NCBI GenBank assembly: GCA_964413015.1
Contig: CAYPQZ010000008.1
Coordinates: 111,626 to 175,625 of the forward strand
DNA: 64,000 nucleotides
Direction: 5' to 3'
Origin: an uncultured Candidatus Saccharibacteria bacterium
GTDB taxonomy: Bacteria > Patescibacteriota > Minisyncoccia > Portnoybacterales > UBA2143
Part shown: one piece after another, positions 37,187 through 46,942 of the stretch
How the letters are laid out: each line of letters opens with the position of its first letter
Position numbering within the stretch: the first letter of the stretch is position 1
The notes under the pieces: generated by a model
What the model saw: the letters and a program-made list of their open reading frames with translations, nothing else
What the model was told of the DNA's origin: nothing
Databases searched by the model: none
Translations under genes and position numbers: made by a program

Positions 37187-37759
37187 TTATTCGGTTTTTA
37201 TGGTTATCTTTTTAGTTTTAACTTTTTCAATTTTAGGAAGCCGGATTGTCAGAATGCCGTTTTTCATAGAGGCGTCTGATTGGTCTACTTCAACGTCAAC
37301 TGGCAGAATAACCGAACGGGAGAAAGGTCCCCAGTAGCATTCCTGATAATAGTAATCTTCCTCTTTTACCTCTTCGTCTTTTTCCCGATTGCCTTTAATA
37401 GTAATCATGTCATTCGTCATAGTTATATCAATATCTTCCGGTTTAACTCCGGCAATAGTTGATTTAATAACGACTTCGTTAGGTGTCTGATAGACGTCAA
37501 TTGTCAATTGGCCTTCTGATTCAGTCAACCATTCTTCTGATTCTTTAAATTCAGCCGGTTTTTCTTTTTTAGCTGGTTTTGGCGAAGCCGAGACTTTTTT
37601 AGCAGAATTTTCCATTTCTTCATTAAAAGACAATTTTGATTTTTCTTTTTTGTCAGGGGATTCAGTTTTAACCGGTTTGACCTTTTTTTGTTTCCCGGCG
37701 TCGTTGTCCGACCAGTTGGCGCCGGTTAGTTTTTCTAAAAACGATGGTTTTTTAGCCAT
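37187..37759 (-). CDS. Hsp20/alpha-crystallin family protein
   Basis: IDVYQT, AGVKPEDIDI, ECYWGPFSRSVILP, NGILTIRLPK. Confidence 0.92.
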   Translation of the reverse strand: MAKKPSFLEKLTGANWSDNDAGKQKKVKPVKTESPDKKEKSKLSFNEEMENSAKKVSASPKPAKKEKPAEFKESEEWLTESEGQLTIDVYQTPNEVVIKSTIAGVKPEDIDITMTNDMITIKGNREKDEEVKEEDYYYQECYWGPFSRSVILPVDVEVDQSDASMKNGILTIRLPKIEKVKTKKITIKTE

Positions 37760-37832
37760 ATTAATCTTGAAGCTTGAAGCTTGAAACTTGAAACTTATTC
37801 TTGTTTCAGGTTTATACTTTAGGTTCCAAGGT

Positions 37833-38576
37833 TTATTTTATACAAACAGATTGTTGTTTTTTAAGTTTTTTGAAAAAGAAAGAAACGAAAATTGCGGCGG
37901 AGAGAATAAGGAGAATGATGAGGAAATAGAAAATAGCATTTTGTCTTTCAGCGATAGTGATTATAAAATAATTATAGCAGGCGTGGAAAATAATAGCAAT
38001 GCTTAATCCGGAAAGAATTAGCAGTTTCTTTTTTTTGAGTTTCAAAAGGCCTAAAGCGATATAGTAACCGACAATGCCAGCTGCCAGAGCGTGGACGAAA
38101 GTAGCCCCTATAAATCGGAAGCCGATTATTGCCAGAGCTTCTGACATAAGCATTGAAGAAGACCTAAAAAGAATTAACAGATTCTCTACGGCAGCAAATC
38201 CCAAGCCGGTTATAATGCAGTATAACATGGCGTCAGTGGGTTCGTCAAATACTGAGTTTCTAAGGATTTTGATTTTAACCAGCGAATATTTTAAAGATTC
38301 TTCAACTAAGGCCGGAATTAAAGTGGCGGCTAGGATAATTCTGATTAGGCCGTTCTGGGGGATACCGGATAGGAAAGACGATATCTTAAAGTCCGGGTAA
38401 AGCAGCCAGATTAAAAATAATTCCAAGATAACGGCTATCGGAGCCAGTAGCATGCCATAGGCGAAGATTTTTAGTATCATCGAGTTAGGCTCTGGGTGTT
38501 TATCTTTTCTTAAATAAAAAACCAGCCAGATTAAACTAGGCAATAAACCAAGCAAAATGTAGAAAAGATATTGCAT
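37833..38576 (-). CDS. PrsW family intramembrane protease
   Basis: DKHPEP, VEESLK, GLGFAAVEN, H, HACYN. Confidence 0.9.
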   Translation of the reverse strand: MQYLFYILLGLLPSLIWLVFYLRKDKHPEPNSMILKIFAYGMLLAPIAVILELFLIWLLYPDFKISSFLSGIPQNGLIRIILAATLIPALVEESLKYSLVKIKILRNSVFDEPTDAMLYCIITGLGFAAVENLLILFRSSSMLMSEALAIIGFRFIGATFVHALAAGIVGYYIALGLLKLKKKKLLILSGLSIAIIFHACYNYFIITIAERQNAIFYFLIILLILSAAIFVSFFFKKLKKQQSVCIK

Positions 38577-38597
38577 GAAAAAGCTGCTTTTTAAGGG

Positions 38598-40706
38598 CTA
38601 TCCTTTAGGGACTTTAAGGACTGGCCAATCCTCAATCATTAAAAATTCTTTTTCTTTGAAGTTTAATTGTTGATAAATTGATTCAGTAACGAAAGGCATA
38701 AACGGATGGAGCAATTTCAGCGAATCCAGAAGAACTCGGGTCAGTATCCGTTGGGTCTGTTCGTTATTATGTTTTTTTGAGGCTTCTATGTATTTATCGC
38801 AGAAATCGTGCCAGAAAAAATCATAAAGGATGTGAGCCGCCTGTCCGAAACGGAAATTCTCCAAGTCAGCATTTATTTTTTTGGTGACTGTAGATAATTG
38901 CTTTAATATTAATTTATCCGCTGGCGTCAATTTGTTATAAAGTTTGACATTGAAAGTAGCGACATTGCCAGAGGCAAGGTCGCGCTCGAAAGGTCGAACC
39001 TTATGATCAACGGCGTTTAAAACAAATCGGCTAGCATTCCATATTTTATTAGCGAATTTTTTCCCCATCAGGATATTTTCTTCAGAAAAGTGGACATCCT
39101 GACTGCCTAATGATTGGTAGATAAGACCGAATCTGGTTGCATCGGCTCCGTATTGATCGACTAATTCTAAGGGGTCACGGCCCGTTCCTAGCGATTTACT
39201 CATCCGCTGGCCGCTTTTTGTCAGAATTGTCGCGTGGATAATTATGTCAGTAAAAGGTATTTTTTCAGTCAATTCCAGGCCGGAGAAAATCATTCGGGCA
39301 ACCCAGAGATTAATAATGTCCCGGGCGGTGCTTAGAATGTCGGTTGGATAAAATTCTCTCAAATCCCTGGTTTTTTCAGGCCAGCCCAGAGTGGCGAAAG
39401 GCCATAAGGCGGAAGAAAACCAAGTATCCAGCACATCAGTTTCTCCTTTGATAGGAATCTTATGTCCCCACCATATCTGGCGGGAAATACACCAGTCCTG
39501 GATATTCTTTAACCAATCGAAATATACTTTTTCCCATCGCTTGGGATGGAATTTAATTTTGCCGTCCTTAACCGCCTGGAGCGCTTTTTGGGCTAATTTG
39601 TCCATTTTCAAAAACCATTGTTTGCTGATTAACGGTTCAACGGCGTTATTGCAGCGATAACAACAGGGGATTTGATGAAAGTAGTCTTCTGTTTTTTTCA
39701 AAAGGCCTTGCTTTTCTAATTCCTGGACGACTTTTTCTCGCGCTTGCAAAATTGTTAAGTTTTCAAATTTTTTTCCGGACTGAGCAGTCATTTTCCCTTT
39801 TTCGCCGATTATCCGGATAAAGGGCAATTTGTGGCGTTGAGCCATTCCCGCATCAACTGGAGAATGTGCCGGAGTAACTTTAACTGCTCCGGTGCCAAAT
39901 TTCGGGTCAATCACTTTGTCGGCAATAATCGGGATTTCTCTATTAATCAGAGGTAAAATTACCTTTTGGCCGATTAGCTTTTTATATCTTTTGTCATTTG
40001 GGTGGACCGCTACGGCCGTGTCACCTAGCATTGTTTCCGGTCGGGTCGTCGCTACAGTTATATATCCCTTCCCTTTAAGCAAAGGATATTTCAGATACCA
40101 AAGATGGCTTTTTTCTTCTTTATATTCCAGCTCTAAATCAGACAAACTGGTCTGGCAGCGGGGACACCAATTAATCATTCTTTTTCCCTGATAAATCCAG
40201 CCTTTTTTATGGTAATGAAGAAAGGCCTGTTTGACCGCTTTTTGATAATTCGGACTCATGGTAAAAGCAGTTCGCGACCAGTCACAGGAACAGCCCAGTT
40301 TTTTTAATTGTAGCAGGATTAAATCGCCGTATTTTTTTCGCCATTTCCAGATTTTTCCCAGGAATTTTTCTCTTCCTAAGTCATAGCGGGTCAGCCCTTG
40401 TTTTTTTAAATCTTTTTCCACTACGTTTTGAGTGGCAATGCCGGCGTGGTCAGTCCCGGGCAGCCAAAGAGCCCTATATCCGGACATTCTTTTCCATCGA
40501 ATAAGGATGTCTTGAGTAAAGGCATTCAAGGCATGTCCCATATGCAGTTCGCCAGTAATATTAGGCGGGGGAATTACGATAGAATATTTCTTAGCTGTTT
40601 TTTTGACTGGCAGTTTATCGGGGTTAAAATAACCCGACTTTTCCCAAAGCCGGTAAATCTTTTTTTCGTTATCTTGAGGATTGTACGGTTTAGAAGATTG
40701 TTTCAT
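38598..40706 (-). CDS. valS: Valyl-tRNA synthetase (short form)
   Basis: PPPNITGELHMGH, DHAGIATQ, DWCISRQIWWGH, RMSKS. Confidence 0.97.
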   Translation of the reverse strand: MKQSSKPYNPQDNEKKIYRLWEKSGYFNPDKLPVKKTAKKYSIVIPPPNITGELHMGHALNAFTQDILIRWKRMSGYRALWLPGTDHAGIATQNVVEKDLKKQGLTRYDLGREKFLGKIWKWRKKYGDLILLQLKKLGCSCDWSRTAFTMSPNYQKAVKQAFLHYHKKGWIYQGKRMINWCPRCQTSLSDLELEYKEEKSHLWYLKYPLLKGKGYITVATTRPETMLGDTAVAVHPNDKRYKKLIGQKVILPLINREIPIIADKVIDPKFGTGAVKVTPAHSPVDAGMAQRHKLPFIRIIGEKGKMTAQSGKKFENLTILQAREKVVQELEKQGLLKKTEDYFHQIPCCYRCNNAVEPLISKQWFLKMDKLAQKALQAVKDGKIKFHPKRWEKVYFDWLKNIQDWCISRQIWWGHKIPIKGETDVLDTWFSSALWPFATLGWPEKTRDLREFYPTDILSTARDIINLWVARMIFSGLELTEKIPFTDIIIHATILTKSGQRMSKSLGTGRDPLELVDQYGADATRFGLIYQSLGSQDVHFSEENILMGKKFANKIWNASRFVLNAVDHKVRPFERDLASGNVATFNVKLYNKLTPADKLILKQLSTVTKKINADLENFRFGQAAHILYDFFWHDFCDKYIEASKKHNNEQTQRILTRVLLDSLKLLHPFMPFVTESIYQQLNFKEKEFLMIEDWPVLKVPKG

Positions 40707-40850
40707 TCTGTAAGCGCAGAAAACAATTTTTTTGAATCTTAGGTGTAGGCGTGCTGTTCTGCCGCAGGCAAAATAGGGCTAAGCGATTCAAAAAAATTTG
40801 TTTTCGGAGCTTAAGATACGTTATATCTTTTTATACCAGAAATTTTAGTT

Positions 40851-41915
40851 TTAAGCAATTAGTTTTAAGTTAGCATCGGCCTGGATTTTACGCCAGTTTT
40901 TTTTAGAAGCTGGCCTTTTTTTATGCCAGGCGGCCGCGGCAATCATAGCGGCATTGTCGGTACATAAATTTTTTGGCGGGACCAAAAAAATTAGCTTACT
41001 GTCTATAGCAGACAGCTTACTGCCGAATTGTTTGCGGAGTTCTTGGTTAGCGGCTACTCCGCCGGCCAGCATAACTGTTTTGACTTGATATTTTATAATC
41101 GCTTGAATGGTTTTGCTAACTAAAACGTCAATTACCGCTTGTTGGAATGAAGCCGACATATCAGAGATAAGAACAGTCCCCAAATCTTTTGGGGACTGTT
41201 CTTTATGTTTCCGGACTTCGTAAAGCACCGCTGTTTTCAGGCCGGAAAAAGAAAAATCAAAATCATTTGTTTTGAGCATTGGCCGGGGCAGTTCAAAAAA
41301 TTGAGGATTGCCCTTTCGGGCTTTTTGAGAAACAATGGGCCCGCCTGGATAGCCAAGATTTAACAGTTTGGCTACCTTATCAAAGGCCTCGCCAGCCGCA
41401 TCATCCCGAGTCTCTCCCAATAATTGATATTTCTCATGGCCTTTCATTAAAATTAACTGGGTATGTCCGCCTGAGACCACTAAACAGAGAATAGGAAATT
41501 TTGGTTTAGAAATTAGAAATTGGAAATTAGAAATTTCGCTAATTGGCTTTAGCCAATTAGCGTATATATGTCCTTCAATGTGGTTGATTCCAATAATCGG
41601 TTTTTGCCATTTATAAGCCAGGGCTTTGGCGAAATTAACCCCGACTAAAAGCGAAGGTATCAAACCGGGCCCAACGGTTACGGCAATTAAATCAATCTTA
41701 CGGCAGTGAGATTTTTCGAGCGCTTCTTTTAAAACCGGCTGAATATTTTTCAAATGTTCCCGGGCCGCTAAGTTAGGGACTATCCCGCCATAAGGAGCAT
41801 GCATTTTTATTTGCGAAGAAACTATGTTCGACAAAATCCAACAGCCTTTCCGGTTGCCTTCTATTAAAGCAATCCCTGTATCATCGCAAGATGTTTCAAT
41901 TCCCAGAATAATCAT
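40851..41915 (-). CDS. tsaD: tRNA N6-threonylcarbamoyltransferase
   Basis: LGIETSCDD, NHIEGH, SGGHT, DDAAGEAFDK, CTDNAAMI. Confidence 0.97.
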   Translation of the reverse strand: MIILGIETSCDDTGIALIEGNRKGCWILSNIVSSQIKMHAPYGGIVPNLAAREHLKNIQPVLKEALEKSHCRKIDLIAVTVGPGLIPSLLVGVNFAKALAYKWQKPIIGINHIEGHIYANWLKPISEISNFQFLISKPKFPILCLVVSGGHTQLILMKGHEKYQLLGETRDDAAGEAFDKVAKLLNLGYPGGPIVSQKARKGNPQFFELPRPMLKTNDFDFSFSGLKTAVLYEVRKHKEQSPKDLGTVLISDMSASFQQAVIDVLVSKTIQAIIKYQVKTVMLAGGVAANQELRKQFGSKLSAIDSKLIFLVPPKNLCTDNAAMIAAAAWHKKRPASKKNWRKIQADANLKLIA

Positions 41916-42007
41916 GGTTATAAAGGACGGTCCTTTAATTGCTGTCCTTTAATTATCTTACAAGAAACATTGTTTTTTTTCAATTTTCCTGTTAAGATTC
42001 ATACGAA

Positions 42008-42062
42008 TGGCCCCATCGTCTAGCTGCCTCTTCGGCAGCCCACCGATGAGGTGGGTGGTTTT
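42008..42062 (+). pseudogene. Duplicated tRNA-Glu 5' fragment interrupted by two hairpins
   Basis: TGGCCCCATCGTCTAG (42008-42023) equals 42062-42077; then CTGCC-TCTTC-GGCAG and CCCACC-GATGA-GGTGGG, then TGGTT. Confidence 0.75.
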
Positions 42063-42134
42063 GGCCCCATCGTCTAGTGGTTAGGACACCAGGTTTTCAT
42101 CCTGGCAACAGGAGTTCGATTCTCCTTGGGGCTG
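42063..42134 (+). tRNA. tRNA-Glu(TTC)
   Basis: Cloverleaf, anticodon loop TT-TTC-AT. Confidence 0.92.
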
Positions 42135-42185
42135 CATGATGAATTGACAAAATAGCACGGATGTGCTATTTTGTTTTGAGAAAAT

Positions 42186-43892
42186 ATGAAAAACAGATTA
42201 TTGGCGACAATTTTGATTATTTGTTTGGGTGGCGGTTTTGGATTTTCTACAAAGGCTTTTCAAACAAAGGATACCTTCCCCAAAATCGCCGACTACTATT
42301 TACAGCCTTTAGTTCCGGAATCAATCTATGACGACCTGTCTAAATACGATTTGTTAATTTTGGACGTTGATGTTCAGACAATTGACCCGAATATATTTTC
42401 TTTAATAAAAGAAAGGAATCCCGGAGTTCAATTTCTCGCCTATATCCCTAGCCAGAGCGTCAACACCCAAGATTTAAGTTCCTGGGCGTGTTTTCGGAAT
42501 CTAGTTTATGATAAGGTGAGCGATAATGACTGGTGGCTCAGGGATAGCCAGGGAAATTTTATCAGCTTTTCGGATATTTGGCCGGATATTAAATTTGTTG
42601 ACCCTGGCCGGGGCTGGAACAACTATTTATCATCTTTGGCAGAAGAGAATGTTATTGAACGCGGCGTTTGGGATGGGATTTTCTACGATATGTTTTTTGC
42701 CAATTTAAGCTGGTTGAATAACGGAGACATTGATATAAACCGGGACGGTCAGACGGATAGCTCTGAAGAGATTAATAATTATTGGCAAATTTGGATGACT
42801 GACTTACTGGACCAGACCAAGTTAAAAATTGACGAATATCCTTTAGTGGCCAATGTTGATATAGCTGGCGAATACCAAAAGGAACTGAATGGTTTAATGA
42901 TGGAGAACTTTCCGGCTGAATGGCTGGGAGAAAACGGTTGGTCGGTTTTAATTGACCAGTATTTGAATGTTCTGCCTTTGAATAATCAACAGCCGCAGAT
43001 TTACGTCATTAACTCAAATACTGGCAATGCCGGTAAAATGGGAAGCTACCGGGAAATGCGCTTCGGCCTGGCCAGCGCCCTTTTAGGTGACGGCTATTAT
43101 TCCTTTGATTCAGGAGATCAGAATCACAGCCAAGTTTGGTTTTATGACGAATACGAGACCTATCTGGGCCGGGCTGTTTCTTCTGCCTATAATTTGCTTG
43201 ATAAAGATAATCAAGAAATTAAGCCGGGATTGTGGAGACGCAATTTTGAGCAAGGTATTGTTTTGGTTAATTCAACTGACCAGAAACAAGAATATTTTTT
43301 CGGCCGGGAGGAATTTATCAAAATAAATGGCCAGCAAGACAGGCGGGTTAATAACGGAATTAAGATTAATAGCATCAGCTTAGAATCAAAAGACGGGATT
43401 GTTTTGTTAAAAACAGTTGACCAGATCAGAAACAATTCTTTTTTAAATGGCAGCTTTGTTCGGGTTTTTAATCAGTGTGGTCAGCAGGTTAAAAACGGGT
43501 TTTTTTCTTTTAATGATAATTTTCCCGGCCAGTTGCTTCTCTTGAAAACTAAATTTGACGAAAAGGGCGATTCTGTGGTATTAGTTAATGAAACAGGGGG
43601 AATTGAGATTTATCAGAATGACGAGAAAACTAGAAATTTAACGCCTTATCGAGGGGGCGGAAACGGAATTTCTTTTGCTATCGGCGACGTTGACCAGGAC
43701 GGCCAACCGGAAATTATTACCGGTCCGGGTCCGGGCGGCGGTCCTCATATCAAGATATTCTCTTTAGACGGTCAGCTCGAAAGCGAATTTATGGCTTATG
43801 ACAGTAATTTTACAGGCGGAGTCAGGGTAATGTCCGACGATCTTGATAAGGACGGCCAAGACGAAATTTTAGCCGGAATAATTAATTTTTAA
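42186..43892 (+). CDS. Secreted putative glycoside hydrolase (GHL15-like) with C-terminal FG-GAP repeats
   Basis: Signal peptide; WDGIFYD, NGLMMENF, WRRNFEQG.VLVN; GDVDQDGQPEIITGPGPGGGP. Confidence 0.7.
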   Translation: MKNRLLATILIICLGGGFGFSTKAFQTKDTFPKIADYYLQPLVPESIYDDLSKYDLLILDVDVQTIDPNIFSLIKERNPGVQFLAYIPSQSVNTQDLSSWACFRNLVYDKVSDNDWWLRDSQGNFISFSDIWPDIKFVDPGRGWNNYLSSLAEENVIERGVWDGIFYDMFFANLSWLNNGDIDINRDGQTDSSEEINNYWQIWMTDLLDQTKLKIDEYPLVANVDIAGEYQKELNGLMMENFPAEWLGENGWSVLIDQYLNVLPLNNQQPQIYVINSNTGNAGKMGSYREMRFGLASALLGDGYYSFDSGDQNHSQVWFYDEYETYLGRAVSSAYNLLDKDNQEIKPGLWRRNFEQGIVLVNSTDQKQEYFFGREEFIKINGQQDRRVNNGIKINSISLESKDGIVLLKTVDQIRNNSFLNGSFVRVFNQCGQQVKNGFFSFNDNFPGQLLLLKTKFDEKGDSVVLVNETGGIEIYQNDEKTRNLTPYRGGGNGISFAIGDVDQDGQPEIITGPGPGGGPHIKIFSLDGQLESEFMAYDSNFTGGVRVMSDDLDKDGQDEILAGIINF

Positions 43893-43894
43893 TT

Positions 43895-44626
43895 ATGGAT
43901 GATAAAAAAACAAATAAAAGAATAAATTATAAGGCCTGGTTGGTTATTCTAACCGTTACGGCCTTGGCTTTTACCAATGCCTTAATTTCAGTTCGCCATT
44001 GGGAGCTAAATCAAGAAGTTAACTTGCTTTCCAGCAGCATCAGCAGTATTGTCGCTTATCATGGAGAGAAAGCTGTTCAAGGGGAAGAAGACGACTCAAC
44101 CGATAAAGACGACGGAGAACAAAAAAATAATCAACCGGAAGAAGCGCCTAAGACTGTTTTAGAAATTAAATCAGGCGGATATTATTACAGTTCGCAGGGA
44201 GACCAGTTGGGAATTGGCCCTTTGCCTCCTGAAGTTGATATTCAGACAAACTACTGGGTTTTCTGGGAAATAGATTCAGCTGAAGGAGTTAGAGATATTG
44301 AGATAACCGGCGAGTTGCCGGATAAAGTTGTTTGGACAAACAAAAAAACCGTTACTGCTGGAAGTTTGCATTTTGGAGAAGTTGGCCGTCGGGTGGTCTG
44401 GTTAAATAACGAGATTGACTTAAAGAGTCCTTGTAAAGTTGGTTTTGAGATAGGCCTGATTCCTAGAGGAAACGATATTGGCAAGACTATGGATTTGCTG
44501 ACAGATATTGAATATCAGGCAATAAGTAGATATACTGGAGAAAAAATTAGCGGGAGCCTAGATAAAATTACTACCAATTTGAAATTTGATGATTTGGCTT
44601 CAGGCAAAGGTGAAGTTGTCCAGTAA
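43895..44626 (+). CDS. Hypothetical membrane-anchored protein
   Basis: One TM; G.GPLPP.V...T.YWVFW beta-rich domain. Confidence 0.65.
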   Translation: MDDKKTNKRINYKAWLVILTVTALAFTNALISVRHWELNQEVNLLSSSISSIVAYHGEKAVQGEEDDSTDKDDGEQKNNQPEEAPKTVLEIKSGGYYYSSQGDQLGIGPLPPEVDIQTNYWVFWEIDSAEGVRDIEITGELPDKVVWTNKKTVTAGSLHFGEVGRRVVWLNNEIDLKSPCKVGFEIGLIPRGNDIGKTMDLLTDIEYQAISRYTGEKISGSLDKITTNLKFDDLASGKGEVVQ

Positions 44627-44633
44627 TTTTTTT

Positions 44634-44769
44634 ATGCCCCGTAGAGAAACTTTGACCCATTCGCCAAGGGCGAATAATAATCATGCGGGGATATATAATT
44701 GTAGAATAAACTAAGAATATTAAGAACTTTGATTTTTTAAATTAATGTCAAAGTTCTTCTACGGGGCAT
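44634..44769. repeat. MITE-like element with ATGCCCCGTAGA...TCTACGGGGCAT termini
   Basis: About 23-bp imperfect terminal inverted repeats; the right end supplies the ATG at 44768. Confidence 0.75.
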
Positions 44770-46354
44770 GCTTCCAAAAGATAAATATTATTTAAAAGTA
44801 AGTAAGGCGGATGATTTGAAAAGCCCGAGAGAGAAATATCTCTACCGGGCTTTTGAAATCCTACCGGGCTTTTTAGCTTGGTTGACTCTTTTGAGCGTTA
44901 TTTTCCTATCCTGGCTTCAGCCAATTTGGGTAGCTTTTTTTATTATTGCTTTTGACGTTTATTGGCTGCTTAAGACAATTTATCTTTCTTTGCATTTAAG
45001 ATTCAGTTATAACCGGATGAAAAAACAAGTTCAGGACGACTGGCTGAGTAAGCTGAAATCCCTTAAACATAAAGATTGGCGTAAGATTTACCATCTAGTT
45101 ATTCTTCCTTTTTACAAAGAGGACATTGAATCAATCAGGACAACCTTTCAGGCAATAGTTAATTCTGATTATCCTAAAGACAGGGTCATGATTGTTTTAG
45201 CTGCCGAGGAACGGGCCGGCCAACTGGCTAAAAAACTCTCCCAAAAAATTAAAAAGGAATTCAGCGATAAGTTCTACAAGTTTGTTGTCACGGTTCATCC
45301 TAAAGACATTGTCGGCGAATTAGCCGGCAAAGGGGCTAATTCTACCTGGGCGGCCAGACGGTTCAAAAAACAGGTTATTGATCCTTTAAAAATTCCTTAT
45401 CAGAATATTGTTGTTTCCTGCTTTGATATTGATACCCAGATTTTCCCGAAATATTTTTCCTGCCTAACTTATTATTATTTAACAACCGATAATCCGACTA
45501 GAACCAGTTATCAGCCGGTTCCGGTTTACAACAACAATATTTGGCAGACGCCGTGCATCTCTCGGGTAGTGGGCACTTCCGGAACTTTCTGGCAGATGAT
45601 TCAACAGCAAAGGCCGGAACGCCTTTCCACTTTTTCCTCCCAAGCGCTTAGCTTTAAAACCTTGGTTAGAGTAGATTTCTGGCCGGTAAATATGGTTTCT
45701 GAAGATTCGCGGATATTCTGGCAAAATCTGCTTTTTTACCAGGGAGATTATAAGGCAGTCCCTTTATATTATCCGGTTTCTATGGATGCCAACCTGGCAC
45801 CTAATTTTATGAAGACAGCTATTAATGTTTACAAACAGCAAAGACGCTGGGGTTGGGGAGCTGAGAATATCCCCTTTTTACTTTTTGGGTTTTACAAAGA
45901 TAAAAAAATATCTTGGAGAAAAAAATTTCACTGGACATGGGTTCAGCTGGAAGGTTTTTGGTCATGGGCAACTAACGCTTTGCTGATTTTTCTTCTGGGC
46001 TGGCTGCCTTTATTTTTAGGCGGCCAGAAATTCAACGTTACCCTTTTGTCATATAACCTGCCTCGAATAACTAGAATTTTGATGACTTTGGCAATGGTCG
46101 GCTTGGTCGGTTCAGCTATTTACAGCACTCTACTTTTACCCAAGCACCCTAAAAAATATTCTTTGATTAAAAAGGCTTCAAAATATCTGGGCATGGTTAT
46201 CCAGTGGATTCTAGTGCCTTTTACAATTCTTGCCTTCGGAGCCCTCCCCGGTCTGGAAGCCCAAACCCGTCTGATGCTGGGCAAATATATGGGGTTTTGG
46301 GTTACTCCGAAGAAAGGTGAGTTTTCTACGGGGCGGATCACGAAGAAGAAATGA
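44768..46354 (+). CDS. Family 2 processive glycosyltransferase
   Basis: P.YKE, GKG.N, FDID, SED, QQRRWGWG (QxxRW); multiple TMs. Confidence 0.88.
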   Translation: MLPKDKYYLKVSKADDLKSPREKYLYRAFEILPGFLAWLTLLSVIFLSWLQPIWVAFFIIAFDVYWLLKTIYLSLHLRFSYNRMKKQVQDDWLSKLKSLKHKDWRKIYHLVILPFYKEDIESIRTTFQAIVNSDYPKDRVMIVLAAEERAGQLAKKLSQKIKKEFSDKFYKFVVTVHPKDIVGELAGKGANSTWAARRFKKQVIDPLKIPYQNIVVSCFDIDTQIFPKYFSCLTYYYLTTDNPTRTSYQPVPVYNNNIWQTPCISRVVGTSGTFWQMIQQQRPERLSTFSSQALSFKTLVRVDFWPVNMVSEDSRIFWQNLLFYQGDYKAVPLYYPVSMDANLAPNFMKTAINVYKQQRRWGWGAENIPFLLFGFYKDKKISWRKKFHWTWVQLEGFWSWATNALLIFLLGWLPLFLGGQKFNVTLLSYNLPRITRILMTLAMVGLVGSAIYSTLLLPKHPKKYSLIKKASKYLGMVIQWILVPFTILAFGALPGLEAQTRLMLGKYMGFWVTPKKGEFSTGRITKKK

Positions 46355-46437
46355 AAAAAGCCGAGAATAAAAGTTTTTCGTTATTTATTCCCGGCTAATG
46401 GCAGGACTCAACAGTTTTTTCTGTTTTATCTCATTGC

Positions 46438-46833
46438 CTAATGAGCGAGCTCTCGAGAAAAGGGCCTCACTCGACCATTAGACAAGGAGTTTTTACATTC
46501 TACGCAGTATCTGGTCCAGGGGACCAGTTGCAGGCGTCCCAAAGGAATTTGACCGCCGCAATTTTCACAAATTCCGTAAGTACCTTTTTTGGCTTTCTCT
46601 ATTGCTCCGTCAATTCTCTCAAGGCATTTTGTCAAATTGCCTAACCTATTTCCGTTAATACTTGGAGTAACGGAATCAGCTATGCGATCTTTAGCGCTCG
46701 TTCTTCTTGCGTTTGAGCTGATTTCTTCTCTGAAATTAGTTCGAGTCTTGTTGAATTCCAGGAAGAATTCATTTCTTTTGCCTTCTAACATTTTTATTAT
46801 TCTTGCTTTTGTCTGTTCATCAATCTTTTCCAT
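46438..46833 (-). CDS. TraR/DksA C4-type zinc-finger protein
   Basis: GTYGICENCGGQI...RL..VPWTRYCVEC. Confidence 0.88.
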   Translation of the reverse strand: MEKIDEQTKARIIKMLEGKRNEFFLEFNKTRTNFREEISSNARRTSAKDRIADSVTPSINGNRLGNLTKCLERIDGAIEKAKKGTYGICENCGGQIPLGRLQLVPWTRYCVECKNSLSNGRVRPFSRELAH

Positions 46834-46942
46834 TTGTCCCCCCTATTTAAATGTTAAATACCTGCCTTTTGTTGTTATTTTAATTAGAGGATTGTATTTT
46901 GTCAAGTAAACTTGCTCCAATGCATAAAGGACTGTCCTTTAA

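Noticed and set aside
40707-40850. T-box riboswitch upstream of valS
   Set aside because: The gap is short, and no AAGGTGGNACC-type T-box motif or specifier stem was seen.
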